Under the pieces are notes generated by a model that was not told the DNA's origin, searched no databases, and saw nothing but the letters and a program-made list of their open reading frames with translations. A DNA stretch of 64,000 nucleotides from contig JBHGNT010000003.1 of assembly GCA_043228905.1 (NCBI GenBank), positions 24,862,001-24,926,000 of the forward strand, written 5' to 3'. Below, in pieces: positions 44,930-59,900 of this stretch. Positions within the stretch are counted from its first letter, which is position 1. Each line of letters begins with the position of its first letter. The position numbers were made by a program, and so were the translations under genes. The DNA comes from Azolla caroliniana. Its lineage: Eukaryota; Plantae; Polypodiophyta.

Positions 44930-47900
44930 AATCTACTACTATTACAATTAAAGTAAAGGATGGAAATTGGGAAGGGTGACAATCGATGATTACATGCTCT
45001 TCATTTCAGAATGCACAAGCCTTCTTTTCAACTGGTCTATTTTGTCGGGTGCTCTACGCTACTTAACAAATCATTCATACATCTATAGAGGGTATAGTTC
45101 CACTAAAAAGTTGTATACACCTAGATGTAGTTGTACTACCTTTGTTTGCAGGAAAAGAGTTGGAAAGAGACACCGAAAATGGCATTCAATTTCACGCCGA
45201 ACTTGCATTTTAGGTGTCATTTCCTTCCCTACGACTACTATTTTTAAGTTAATCGGTTTTTCTATGTCCTTTTATGCCTATCCTCATGTTTCCCTGGGGA
45301 AGGATTCCCTCCCCCTAGTTTTAGTCTTGACCAAGCCATGCTCTTGTCAAGATAGTCCAAGAAAAACAAGTGACACCAAGTTTATAGCCACGTGATTTTC
45401 GTATGCACACACATCTTTTTTGTACCACAGAGCCGAAGAGCAAAAGACACAATGGGCTATTATTATTTTTACACAATGCAAAGACAATAAAGGATATTTT
45501 GCCCCATGTCTAAGGGCAACTTTTTTCTGTTTATGTTGGCTTGTTTGTTTTTGTTCAAGCTATTTCCATAGGTGCAATTTATTATTTCAAATAATTTTGT
45601 TGATGTAGCACAATAGTCTTTAATATGTTATCATATATTTTGTTAACAAAATCTAACCTTTTAGTATTATTATCTGAAGTTAGTAAACCTTCCTCTAACT
45701 TTGTTCAAAGAATTGAAGTCAAGAAGTGTCATTTGCACATCTATTTTGCTAGGTCAATCACAAATGTAATCTCTCCCTATCTCTCTTTTGGTAAAAACAC
45801 ACTATTATATATTTTTTGTATGTAAAATCCACTTGTTACAACACTTTTTAGTCTCCTCTACTTATCTATACTATGTAGGGAGAGGGATGTCTTCTAACGC
45901 CACTAGAAAACCTGAAGATGTATTTGAGGACATGATCCCCACATGCTCTAATATCTAGAAATTCCACATAAGAATACCTTTCAACTTCTTCATGTAGGCA
46001 TTCACCCCATGTTTACTATCAAACGTGAAAGCATTACGCATACATATTCCAATTGTGTTGCAATCCCCAATATTGTAAAAATTGGAACAATATCTCCATC
46101 TTTGCATTTGTACCATTTGAACAATCTCTCTCTCTCTCTCTTTCCTAAGTAGCTTACTCTACTGGTAAGTTCTTAGACTACTATTCATAGGCCTTGGGTT
46201 TTAGATTTGACTTTGATACCTTTCTATTACATTATACATCTTTTTCTTGATTTACTAGGTGCCATTTTGGAATGTAGGGGTTGAACACATGACCTTCTAG
46301 TCTTTGTTAGACAACTTTACTAGTCAATATTGCCAAAACAAGCTCAGAACATTAGATGCAAGGTGCAAAAACCTATAATCCTCTCATCTAGTTGGGTTTT
46401 GATCTTATGAAATGATTTAAGAGATGGGAGTGAAAGATGTATTTGAACTCTTAAGTGATGCTAGGAAGTATGTGATAATTGAGGATGGATTACTAGAGGC
46501 GCTAATAAATGAAGTGACAATCGATAAAATGTCAAAATTGGAATATTACATTGAAAGTAGTAACCTTCAATATTGGCCCCAATACAAGGTAAAAATGGTA
46601 GAACTTATCCTATCGCATCTAACTATCCCCATGAACCTTGGCCCTCATAGAGCCTTAACACATTTGAACTCACAAAAGCTAGGTGTTGAGGTAGCATCAT
46701 AGCATCATTGCCCAAACATGAAGATACACATTGAAACCCTAGTGGAGGATGAATATAGATTAATTATCACATGCTTAGATTATATGGTAATTGTTGAGAA
46801 ATATGACGACTTGTCACACATGCATGATAATGTAAGTTTCATACTCAAATGCTCACCAATAAGGGTGAGCACACTAAATATTAAAAACTATAAATTACAA
46901 TTGAATGTTGATGTTAAAGTTCAAGTGTTACTTTTTTTGCTTTTTACATTTGGACAACAAAATTATATCGGAAACAAATGAAACAAATAGGTGAGAGGAT
47001 TAGCATGGGCAACATGAACACAAACCTTTTTAATTAGGAAACCATAAACTCTAAGTGACTACACTTACAGGTAAGATCCAAGTCTCAACCAAATAGTTCC
47101 ATATTACGTCAAAAGCTAGCTATACCAATTTCATTAATGTTAGTAATGGCCCATTCCTTTGCAAAAAACATCTCTGGCCTATTTTACTAGTCTCTTTGTT
47201 GGTCGTTTGATATAATGTGTCTAACATATTCTTTAGTTATGTGCCCTTGTTTACCCTTCGAGTGATAAGGGACTCCACTTTCTTCTAGTTTGTGTTTAAG
47301 ACTTCGTTCAACTTCTTTCCTTCTAGCATGATTTGGTTGTGTAATAAAAATCTTAATCTATAAGCTAGATCATGCATAGTTGAAAAAAAAGGTAGACTAT
47401 ATCTACAAAAATACTTCAATGGACATATTAGGAAAATATCACCAACTTCCCCAATAGAATATTTTTCTTAATTAGAGGCTTATGATGCCAAAATGCACAT
47501 ATTTTGGATAGAAGCCTTACTATTTTTTTGGGTAGATGTAGATTAAAAGATGGGGAATAGTTTTTGCATCTACTTTGCATCTAACTAAGCTACCTTTCGA
47601 AAGTCAAAATTGATTTGTAAAAAAGACACTTGTTCATAGACAGGGTATTTGGTTGACCTTGTTATTTGAAAACAACCCTTCAAGGTCAATCATGTCACAT
47701 CCCCCTCAAGCTTGATAGATCAAGTGGATGTTGGCTATGGACCTTCTAAAATTGCCCATTGCAACATGAATAATATGTTAAGCACCTACTGCACATAATA
47801 TGCCCATTGACGACATGAATATTAGTGTCAACTACACAAGTGTGAAAACATGCGAGGACAAATGAAGTATCATCAAGCTAGAGCTTTAGGGTCACCTAAA

Positions 47901-48179
47901 GGGGACAAAACCTTTATGTAAAGAACTATAAAGGTCATTTTTTACTTTTAGTTCTCCTCCTTATGTCCTTATGACTTCAAGCTAGAGCTCTCTATTTTTT
48001 TGTAATTAACTTGTGGTAAGTTGTTACACTATAAGTCATTATGTCTTGGGTTCGAAAGCCAATTTTACTCACCTCTCTATTATATACTTCATACATATCT
48101 CTCATGTAGGGGTTGAACCCATGACCTCCACACTCACACACACACACACATGCTTTTCGACACAATAGTGTTAAGCAGT

Positions 48180-49330
48180 CTTTGAGCCAAACCCTAATCT
48201 CTCCTTCTCTTTTATTTTTGTTGGCAATCTTATTTAATCAAAGTATGGTTAACCTTTGTATTCATAGTTGATTTACTTGTTTATATTATCTAACACTTAA
48301 AGCTTAGTCAGGCATTAATGAACTTCTTGGTAATGTTAGATTTGTGAGAAAGGTGAGTTAGTGTTCGCTTATCCTAGTTATGTGAGGTTAGTAGCTCAAG
48401 AGTGCGTGGCAACTACTCACACTTTGGTTGCCCTAACTATGGTACATGATAGTTCAGACTCCCTAGCAAAACGATCTCTATTCATCACATATGATTCAAG
48501 GAGATATGATACAATGGCTTGCCATGTTATTGGGATATATTGAGTAGGATAAGCATGAGGATGCTATACAACTCTATCCTTGAAGGTCTATGTAAGGTAT
48601 CTAATTATTATGATGACATTTTTTGGTATGACGAAAGTAGGCGACAGGTGTCACAGACACACTAAGCGCGGACTAGGACGGAGCACAGATGATGGGGCTA
48701 CGAGCGATTGATGAACTTGGAGCTAGATGTGACAAGGCAAGGAACTCTAGATGTTCTAAGCGACATGAGGGCATGAAGACAGAAATAAAGATCAAGGCAA
48801 CAAAGATGAGGCGAAACGAGAATACTAGATTGATGTGTCAATGACTGGTGTTGAACCAAATGAGTTGTGATGAATGAATAGACACCTATTTATAGGTCCT
48901 TATAGAGTATTCTAGAATGTTCTAGAATATTTTAGATATTTATGATATTTAATATAATCATGGAATATCCTAGAATGTTTTGGAATATTCTAGAATGTTC
49001 TAGAATACTCTAAATATATTGTAATAACTAATATCTTGTATAGACCAAGACGTCTTGGGCTCGAATCCTTGTAAGGCCAAAATGTATGTTTTCATGACAT
49101 TGCAGGATCCATGGCTAGTCATTGGGATAATCCTTTTTCCTCTTCTTTTTCATCTCTTTTGTAGTTTGTACATGATAGGTTTTTTAAAACTAATGGAAGG
49201 ATATTTTGTTTTGGAAAATAAAAATGATCTCTATTCATAGGCACAACTCTGCAAAGCAAAGATGTATGCTTAGTGACAACACCTTGACACATCTTTTTGA
49301 TGCCACCGTTGGGGACAACAATTGTTGCTA
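48180..49330. mobile_element. Nested LTR-retrotransposon relics (LTR-like block TGTCAC...GTGACA at 48649-49278, followed by an Athila/Tat-like PBS)
   Basis: Inverted termini TGTCAC/GTGACA. ATTCTAGAATGTTCTAGAAT subrepeats and TATTTATAG at about 48890-49010. PBS-like TTTTTGATGCCACCGTTGGGGAC at about 49294-49316. An L1 tail is nested at about 49186-49225. No clean TSD. Confidence 0.45.
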
Positions 49331-49689
49331 GAAGTTGCCGCTGAGCTTTCTATAAGCTCTCAAGGTGCCTTACTATCAATTGAAGGAAACCAATAGATAA
49401 GGAGATGGAGAGGGTGTCATGAAAGAATTTCATGAGAGGTTAAACCGTGGAGTTGAGGATGTTAGAATGAGTGTAGTGAGTTAAATTGAGGGGATTTAGG
49501 TCTCATAAGTGGAGGGTTTAGAGCTATGTTGTGTTTTAATATAAGTTTTCTTATTGTCTAACCTTTTCCACTTTAGATGATTATTGTTTTTAATCACTCA
49601 TTTATTATTAGCCCCTAATCAATTCACAACTCATTTCGCCTTTTTAAATTTTTTTTTATCTTTCTTAATTTTGTGGGTAGAATTTTAAT

Positions 49690-50915
49690 TTCCATACTTA
49701 ACTTCCCAATAATCCAAGTGAAAAAGTACTCTTAGGCTAAACATCTCAAACAATTTTGGAAATGGCTATGAGGTATAAAAATGAGTAGGAAAATTGTTTG
49801 TTTCCAACGGTTGTTGGTTCATAAAGCTGTACCAGTTAATGGGTGGTGAAAAGGAAATGTAGATTTAATAGAGATTGCTAAACATTGTTTATGGAGTTGT
49901 GGTTTTGCATGGTCATATGGAAACGAATAATAAAATTATTAACTCCAGTATATCCTAGAGCAATGTATACATGGGGTGCAATATTATGGGTGGTGGTACA
50001 TGATAAACCTATGGTATATGAAAAGGAGGTTGCTGATACTATTGTGATGAGATATGGATTGATGGAAAAAAAATTGATCCCTTTGAATCCACAAATACAA
50101 ACTGATAAATAGTTGAACGAGGGGCGTGAAAGAGATGTCATGTGGGATATTGAATGTGGGTGATGTGTATGAACGGATGGCTAGAGACACATGTGAAAGT
50201 GTAAGATAAATAAGTGAGATCTCTTATGAACGATAGGATAGTCTAGGCAAGGCCTACCCGAGAAAGGGATTGAGTTTGTGTATATTTTAACTATTAGAGT
50301 ATATTCTTTTTTGGAAAAATAAATAAATACAAACTAATAAACTTCAAATATGGCAATTGGTAAGTAGTATTACAATTTGGTATATTTGGAAGGCTCGATG
50401 TTTGAAGGTATTTCAAAATGTGACTGAAAGACCTTCCCAAATAATTTCAGAAATTTGGATAGAGATTGTGCATAATCTCGGAGGGTTGTTGGATAGTATA
50501 AAAGATAATACTCACTAACAGGAGCTTAAACGTTTGGAGTTTCATGCCATCTGAGACATAGGTATATTTTATAAACAACTTGTTAATAAGGTGGAGTGGT
50601 TTTACTCAACACCAAAGTATTTATTTAAGCCAATGGTTAGAATTTAGAAAAATACAAGGGATCTGTGGTATATCTTGTATGTATAACGTTATGGCGTTTT
50701 GTAGTATCTTTTTTTGAAAAAAGAAAAGAAAAAGTACTCTTAGGGTATAAAGAATTTATACATTCCTTAATTATGTGGTGAGGCTTTGTTGCTTCATTTA
50801 TACATGTTGTTTTCTCGTAGCCATGCAAAGTGGCTTGTAACATATGAGTTGTATATTATCCCATGTACTTTTTCTTAACTAATGGAAGTAGATTTTTTTT
50901 GGAAAAAAGAAAAAA
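49690..50915 (+). mobile_element. Degraded L1-like LINE 3' portion
   Basis: C-terminal KVEWFYSTPKYLFKP at about 50590-50635, the same family as the WNY/WCY..WLFPP endings. Tail AACTAATGGAAG..TTTTTTTGGAAAAAA at 50877-50915. Confidence 0.55.
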
Positions 50916-51654
50916 TCCTTAAGGGTTCAATAAAAGCAATTTAATTAATTCATTGTTAATGTTTTTACCCTACTAAATTTTTTTACCCAAGACCTTTCGG
51001 GAATTACTCGAAGAGAATTCTTGAGGGTTTAATACAAAGGGAATACTCATGGCCTCTACTTGATTGTTTTAAGTGAAGGTAACAAACGAGAGGAAAAATG
51101 CCTCGAGGTTTTTCTCAAACGCATTCTCCCAAACACTTTTCCTAAAGCTTCTTCGTGTCAAACTTTCTCGAATGTGATTTGTGAGGGTTTTCCTTAACAA
51201 TTTACATAAATGTGAACACTTGAAGCAATCATGCAAAGGCCACTTATACATAGAAAAAATGAGTGAAAGAAAAGTCACAGGGGATGATTTCATGGAGTGA
51301 CCTGTTTAAATTTTAGGCCCAACCAGATGATGGAATTTACGAACAAACAACCACAATTTAGTGAGGTTAGAGAATAAAAATGAATACATAAATTCATATA
51401 TGAGTCAATGCATAATAGTGATGAAATAATGATACTAATATTACTAATATCAATACCCTATTAATAACAATCATATTATAAATATAATAATAATTACAAA
51501 CTAATAATCGTACTTCACAATAAATAAATAATAGTTTGTAATTACATACGTTTAATACAAATAAACAAACCAATAATCTAACTTAACAATAAATAAATAA
51601 ATAAACAATAGCAACGTCAAAATAATAGTAGTAGTAGTAGTAATAAATACATCA

Positions 51655-51747
51655 CCACAATAGAAGTGAGATGAAATGTCTCCTTCTGTTTTCTCTATGT
51701 ACATTTCTCAAGTAATATACTAAGGTGTATCTTTCTTTTAAAAAAAT
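51655..51747 (+). mobile_element. L1-like 3'-UTR end with poly(A)
   Basis: Reverse complement of the 26165-26250 and 23250-23335 blocks, ending in an A-run. Confidence 0.65.
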
Positions 51748-53119
51748 TACATCACCACACTACCCCCATTGTCATGACCCACACCAACAAACACATTAGG
51801 ATTCAACACCACCTTCATCATCATCGTTACTAATAATAAATGATACCTTGTCTAATGCTCCTCCTCCACCTCCCTAACTATATGACCATTCAAGGTGGAG
51901 CCTTGCCTTGAACCTTAATACAAGCCCACTAGGCACCAAATGGTCACTCTCTAGACATGGGAATCATCTTATTCTAGTCCTACCAAAATGACTTTGTCAT
52001 AATGGTCAATGCACAATCTCTCTCTCCCTTCACAAGATATGGACTAAACCCACTCTCCATGAATGGCTTCCAAGGAACTTGAAAAAGTTTTCCTTATTCA
52101 CCATGCTCATTCAAGAGGTTGAATTTGCCCTCTCAACACACAATGTCGAGCTCGTTGATATCCCACTATTCCACACCACTCCCCTTGATTCCCCTACATC
52201 ATCCTCCATCCGTGTATATCTTATATGCCGCGTGACCAACTCACCATGTTCACCTCCCACACATAGAACCTTCAACCTCTTCCACTCTCTGCCAACACAC
52301 AAAGACATTTGCGTACTCCCCTTCCCCCACCATTTTCTTCACTACCTCCTTCAGCCCCCTGGACTGTGGCTCAACACCATGCAACCCAACAATATGCACT
52401 TATTAGGTTTCAGGGAACATTAAGCACCTATTGTACGTCCCACAACCCAAGAAGGTGTCGACATCTTGCACTAAAGACCAAGTGTGAGACAAAGAGAAAT
52501 GGGAACATAAAATAAGAGTTCTAGAGGTTTAAGCTTAATGGACACCCCAATATGAAAGAGGACAACCACCTTTTAGTAAGTAAGAAATAAAAGTCACTTT
52601 TGTGCCTTGTTTAGTTTCTTAAATTTTTGGTTTTCTCACCTCCTTGTAACTTGAGGCGGAACTCTCTCACCCCCGTTCTCTCATACTTGTGAGTGATTAG
52701 TGTTAATAAGCATTACTTTAAAGAAGGCAGCCAATGTTTTATGGACCAAAGCATTAAGCAACATGCTATAAAGCTTACCTTAATTGAGATATTTGAGAAG
52801 CAACACTTTCGTAGCAAGTTTCCCCATTTTCCTTTCTATTTTGGTACAAGCCACTATGTGCTTGTTAACCGACAAGCAAGTCAAGTCATGTGATAGATGC
52901 TTGTTAACTAACTTTGGGCCATTTATTACTTCCTTTGTCTTACTAGTAATGCTCAGGGAAAAACTTATAAGAAAGGTTATTCGTGTATCATTAAGATTGT
53001 AATGGTATTGTCTTCTCGTCTGCTCATTTTACTTGCTTTACATTTTTTCGTCCCCTCTTCTCCTCTCCAAGCTTTCTCACTAAAATGATAATGACGCAAG
53101 GACTTGTTTGTCTCACATA

Positions 53120-53420
53120 TTTCTTTATTTTTCTAAAAAGAAGCTACTTTCCCATTAGCTAGGAGAGATTATTTACAGTAAGAATATATAAGGTGGCTTA
53201 TACATAAATCGGGGAATCACCCTCCAACCGAGTTCAAGAATATGAGATTACGTACATATCCTTTCAAACTGAGTACTTAATGTAACTAGTGCCCTTCATC
53301 ATCGGCCAATATGAACTGGATCTTGTGGCCTACAACGAAGGGAGGATGGGAGGTGAGCAGAAATAGCCAATGTGGGGGTTGGTAGTTCCACCTCGGGCCT
53401 TTGTTAGCACTTTCTTAACT
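53120..53420 (-). mobile_element. L1-like LINE extreme 3' end
   Basis: The reverse strand encodes GPRWNYQPPHWLF. Tail motif at about 53125-53160. Confidence 0.55.
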
Positions 53421-56050
53421 CAATGATATTGTTTTTAACCTAAAATCTAGTTTTGACGTTTTTAGGTTTGTTAACATTTCTTTTGAGAAAACTATAGTAT
53501 TCTCCAAACTAAAATTATGATAAAATTACAATGGATTCTCATTTGTCAAGTGGAGCCCCAACTTTATGGTGTTGAAAGAGGTGAACCAACAAGACTTTAC
53601 AATTGTGAGAACTTTTGATTGAGAATGCACTAGTTCTGTTTAAAGACTTCAAAATCTAGTCTCCTCCTATATGGATTAATAAAAAAATTTATTTTTAAAA
53701 AATATATAAAAGAATGAATAAACATGTCCATTCATCGCCTTTGAAGTTAATCATTGGTGCATAGACTAATTTGAAGTTCAAGAGTGCATTTAATGAGATT
53801 ATGCCAACAAAGTTACACTATCAAACCTATAAATAGCAGTATAAGATAATGTGTGTTAATATCAACTTTTCTAAATTGTTGCAATCCATGACATGAGACG
53901 TGAAATATGAATACAATTTCTGATGTATTATTTGGTCCACCCTCTTCATATTAAAGCCATACATTCCATGGTAAGTTGTTAAAAATAAACATCAAACTTA
54001 AACCCAATTGTAGTTTTCCATGCTATGAAAAGTTGTTTAACGTTCATTCACAACATAAGTATTAGGTATAACAAATATAATCTTATTGATGGTGTTAAAA
54101 TACATATTGCTAAATATCTTTTGCATATGAAAATATCACAATTGCAACATTAAGGATCACCACATGAGTTAATATGCTATTACTATGTAGATAGTATTTA
54201 AATTATGTTACCCACAAAGAGAATGTGTAATTGATGTACTTAGCGATACCAACTTCTTTTTGAATAAAATCTTGATAATTGATCTTTAATATGTCGGCAT
54301 GATGCTGCCTTGTAATGTAAAATAGATGACAATGATGGTCTTTTAATGTGATTTAGAAATATCAAAATGCAAAGCTAAAGACAAACACTAGTTCTATCAC
54401 TTCTCATTAAAAGGAATTTGGCCATCATGCATAACCTAGTGAACATTGTTTACCCGAATGCTTCTAGTGGAGGCTCCAAAGTGTGAATATAATAACATGA
54501 TTCCAAATCAGACAAAAGTAAATGGAACACTTTTCTTAGATGGTTTAAGAACAAATCGTTTGTAGATTTACCCCCCCACCATTCATTCCATAAAGGAAAT
54601 ATGACAAATGTGTGAACAACAACAAAACTTATTTGTCACCTCGCTTTTAAAGTTGCAATATGTAGGACCACAATACATGGTGGGTTTTACATCTCACATA
54701 TTTCTTTGATAAAAGATAATTCCTTTGATTTTTTATATGTAGATATGAACCTTCTAGAGTATATTATGTTGACAAGTTGACACAAACAAATTAGATGCTT
54801 ATAGAAATTAAAGAGACCCGTAGTTTTTTGGAAGGCTCAATGATTTGTGACAACAAAAAGCGTAACATCACTTGTTACCAAGGTTCTTTTACTTGAGTTT
54901 CTCATGCAAGCTCAGGACCAATCCCCTCTACATAGATTGACTAAACACAACAACCTAATACAACATTCGAGAGCGTCTGACAACCTCGACTAGTATAAAG
55001 CTCGGTAATCAAACAACCTTTGAGAGCTTCTGACAACTAACCTTAAATAATATACAAAATGAAGTTTCTACACTACTTCTAGATCTAGGTAAATGACATA
55101 GTTGAGAAGTAAATCAGTTTGATGGATGATCACCAACATATTCTCGACTTGAAGTGAATGTCGCATGCATTCTATCTAAGTAGGTTCATAACGACAAAAA
55201 CATGCAATGGTATGTTTTAAACCAAAGTTGGACAATTGAAGTAAATGCATACAAAATACAAGAATCTTAGCTTGAATATGCATGGATGGCATCAAGTTGG
55301 TCATTAAGACTAGAAAATGCAGAAAAGAGTAGCACATTGGGTGCACCATGCAATATAATCCAAAAGTTGGTAAAGTTGTGAGCAGAGTTACAAATTTCAT
55401 GAAAACGGTCCCAGTAACTGGAGCAACAATGACACTAACACGTAACATTACTGGTTGAAAGCTTCCCCTATCGAATGTGGACAGCTCACCACATGAGAAG
55501 GTAAAAAGAAAAAGTTAGTCGAAGTTTTCAAACTCCTAGGTTTTGTTGTGAGTATCATGAGAGAGGGGTCCAAAGGATGGACGAAAAAACGAGGATCATA
55601 ATCATGTGGGATGAAGACAAGGATGCACTGTAAATTGCTTTTCTTATGTTAGGAGAAGGAAATAAATTATAGAAAAGAAAAGGACAAAAAAGGAGTATGG
55701 ATTAAATAAAGGAATGGAGCAGAAATGTGAGTCAAAAGCAAAAAAGGCAAAACGCAAAAGCAACCTCTTCTTCTCATGGAAGGAGAAGGAATTGCCAAAA
55801 AGGAAGATGTTCGGTACAGAATCAATAGCAGCATATAGACAAGTAGAAAGTTAAATGCAACAGAAGAACAAGACTAAGTAAGAGCAATAAGAGGATATCT
55901 CTTTCATCATGACTCCATTGTTGGGATTTGTGATCTTTATTGATGCAATGCAATGCAGTGTTGTGATTGAACCCAAGATTCTTAGCCTGTGATTTTTATG
56001 AGGTCTCTCCTCCTCCTTCATATATACTTTGTTATCAATTTCTTATACCC

Positions 56051-56104
56051 GTATGTATGTTTGTATGTATGTATGTATGTATGTATGTATGTATGTATGT
56101 ATGT
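56051..56104. repeat. (GTAT)n microsatellite
   Basis: About 13 units with one interruption. Confidence 0.9.
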
Positions 56105-56948
56105 AGTTTTTATTGGAAATGGTAGACAATTGTTTTGTTTTGTATTGTTAGTTTCTTATTTAGTTAAGATAGATTACTAATGTTATAATTATTTGAAATT
56201 TTGGGAATAGAAGATGTATGATCATAGGAATAGGTGTATATATTGTATGACATAGGAATAGTAACAGTAGTTGGGAAATGCTAATGATTTGTTTTACTAA
56301 GTATATCTTTGTCATTAACAGAAATAGAACTTCATTCCATCTACCTCTCAAGGCGCTTTACCAAAATGAAGGTAAAACCTCTTTTTTTTTTGTGAAAACT
56401 CCAATTATATTAATCATATTGACACATGGAAATACATGTTGGTGATTAGAGTGTGACAATATCAAACCCATGTGTCCCTCACTTCAACATGAGGTGTATC
56501 TTAACGTGAGCTTCATTGGGCATTCCTAATCTTCAGTATCAATGTGGCTCTTTGCGACCTTCCTTTTTATTGTGTATCAATTTGGCTAAATAGTATATTT
56601 AAGAAACTGAAAATTGGATGAATGTTAGGTTCTCTAGTTTTTCATGCATGGGTAGACTACACACAAATCCCTTTTTTCCTCCTATTTATACATCCAAATG
56701 GTCTTAAACATTGCATTTCTAGAACTAGTTCTTGATTACTTGGAGCTCTTGAAGTGTATGAAAGAATTTTGCTATTGTTGTTTTTCTGTCTTAAATATTG
56801 CATCAAATTTCCTTTTGGTATGTACTTCTAACCTACATGAAAACCATAGAACTCTATTGGTCTTCCTCTAGACTCTAGGATCATTGCATAATATGTGATT
56901 AACACTTCGTTGAACTCGCTCACACAAGTTAGATGTTGAGATAGCATC

Positions 56949-59900
56949 ATGGCATCATCACCAAGCTTGAGGATATGCAAGGTATACAATGAAACCTGGA
57001 GGAGGACGAATATCATTTGCTTCTCATATCCGCAGCATATAAGTTAATTCAGAAAAAGTATGATCACTTCTTGTACGGTCATAAAAATCAAAATGTCATA
57101 CTCAAATCTCCACCAAGAAAGGATGAATGCTAACGAGCATGCATTATTTTCAAATATCAAGAAGGCTATTTTATGACAATTTACCAAGGTTATTTCTATT
57201 GCCAAAATCTTATCGAAGTGTCATACTCAAATCTCCATCAAAAAATGGTGCGCACTTAAGACCATGCATTATTTTCACATATATGATACTTTACCAAGGT
57301 TAATTTTATTACCTGAAACTTTTCTTTATACAGCCAGCCATTCAATAGGACATTCATCTCAACCTTTGCTTTTGAAACATTAAATGGTCATAACGTGCTT
57401 TCTACATTTGCTCATTTAGTTCTTGAAACAATTGGGAAGAAGAAGAGGACAATGAAAACCACAGGATTGCCTCAACAAAGAATAAATGAAATAATGAAGA
57501 TCTCTCATGAAAGAGAGTTGTTAGTCCCATTTTGGTTCAAACAAGTTGCTAGTATTCCCAAACGGTTGCTTTCTATTCCTGGATAGCTTGATAAAGCAAA
57601 CATGGTAGCATTGAAAGTTCATTGGTAGAATATCCTCTACAAGTTCAATAATACATTATCAAGTATTCGTTCTACATCACAACTATTTGAGATTACAATC
57701 TGAGGTATAATTTGATATTCCATTATGCATACCTCATGAATGTGTTCATATAGTAAATATAAGGGTCACATTCTACATTATCTACATCAAGAATTCCCCA
57801 TTTCCCAGGAAGATACTCAAAACTTCAACATGGGATGCGTCGTCGCATTACCTTATACAAAACAAAACAAAAATTAAATTTTATAAAAGACTGTTATGGC
57901 CTATCACACATGGTAAAAAAATCACAATTATTTATGTTAGCTCATCAATGCAACTAACAACAGAAAAAATAGCATCTTAAAACTGAATGGCTTCAACAAT
58001 AATCATGAATAACCAACTATCAAGGATGATCACTATGAAGTGTCCCAAACTATGACCAATCATTGCATAGTATCAATCAATCCTAGAAAAGGCACTAGTT
58101 GCTCTCCTACCATGTCCATGTATGTTGAATACAAACTCCATGGCTTTCCTCCTTGCCAATCTTTAACATGTCCAGAAAAGTTAGTTATCCAAACATCAAT
58201 TAAGCCCAACACTAAAGTTGCCTCACCAAAGACCGAAGGTGCTTCCTTTACTCTATCATAACCCTAAACCCTATGAGAAGGGTGGTGAGATCATAGCCCA
58301 CAAGGCTAGGATGTAAACCCTTTGCAGTGTCTTGGTTGAGACCCTTTTGTGTGGCGTTAATTGATTTATATCAGAAGTGATGGGGCCAAATAGAGTAGTG
58401 ATTGCTCTTTCTTGATGAGCTCATATAGTGATATTGTATCATAGAGGGCCTGCTATGATGCCTTTCATTTAACATTCTACGCCCTTTTACTCTATCGTCC
58501 TAGGAACAACCCGTGCACATGTGCTTCAAATCTAGTTGAATATGAGATGTCTTCTTCCTCACAAGGAATTGGAAGAAAGCTATTTCTTACCTGTGTACAA
58601 ATTCTCCACTTTCCTTATCATACCAACAATTTGTGAGGCTCTATGAATCAAGGACATTCCCAATAAAGCATGTCATTCTATACTTCAAAACAATACACAT
58701 CAACTGTCTTGAGTAAATGGGTTCTTAGACAATACTTAACATTCATATCATTTTGACACCTATTTTCACATTGAGGCCTAGATATGCATGATCTACAGCC
58801 AATAAATTCTACTAGAGACAGAAACTTCTCATGTCAGGTAGAATATATGGAGGAGATCCAATAAACTAATAAACTGCTTGCACATGCCTTCCAACATGTC
58901 TAAGTATCTCATCTTGTCCATGGTGAAAAACCATATGTATTCGTCATGCAAGCAAATATTATGATATCATCTTATAATGGTGAAAATTCTGATTCTCCAT
59001 GAGGTGTAAACCTCAATTAGGTAGGTGCAAAGTAGAAAATGAGGTGTTAACCTTAACTCTCTGAGATCGCCTCTCTAACTTCATATCCATATATAAAAAG
59101 GCCTTCAGTTTTGTATTGGGACTTGTGAAATGCTAAGCCATTCAGCTGATTAGATCACTTGAACGCATTTAAGTGATGTGTCTCATCCAGAGTTTATTGC
59201 CAGAGAGAGAGAGAGATCTTTTTAACGTCCATGGGAAACCGATTGTGACCTTTAGGCAGCCTAACCCATGGCAAGGATCGAACTTCAGAGAGAGAGGGAA
59301 GGATTTGAATTGTCTTTGTAGATCCAAAACCTGTAGTTCGATGTTAGGACTTGTTATGCAATGCAGAGTCAGATTGACAATTAGATCACTTCAACCCATT
59401 TATTCGTTCAAGTCTAATCAATTTTCTCCCTCTACAGTTTGACAAGTAGCTAATTTTATTCTCAGGGATATTCCTCAGTGAAAAAGATGTTAGAAAAGTA
59501 CCATGTCACAGTACACAATGTATTTGCGGCATATGGATCATTTGTAGCAGCTCATCCCCTACCACCGTTCTTGTATGTGGATTACATATAAATTCATTTC
59601 TTCTCTAACTTGTCAAACTCTTGATTTACAATGGGTATTCCCTGCATTAAATATGACTATCAGGATTGGAATACTCCTATTAGGATCCTTATGTATTGGG
59701 CTCTTGAGAGCAAAGGAGGAATCCAACATCGAAAACCTATGGGTTGATCAAAATTCTAGGATTGTACCTGAAAAACATGACTATGATTCCTAGTAAGTAA
59801 TATCTCTAAGTAGACAATTTTTCTTTTTTTATTAGAGTGAAGTTTCGCTCCTTATTTCAAAACGTCAGCATATAATATACTGTTTTTTTACATTGTCAAT

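Noticed and set aside
47695-47715. Copia-like polypurine tract plus TG start on the minus strand
   Set aside because: No matching second LTR or pol sequence is recognisable.
44745-48150. tRNA B-box-like motifs (about 44750, 46275, 48050, 48110) as tRNA genes
   Set aside because: No cloverleaf can be formed. At most these are decayed SINE heads, too degenerate to delimit.
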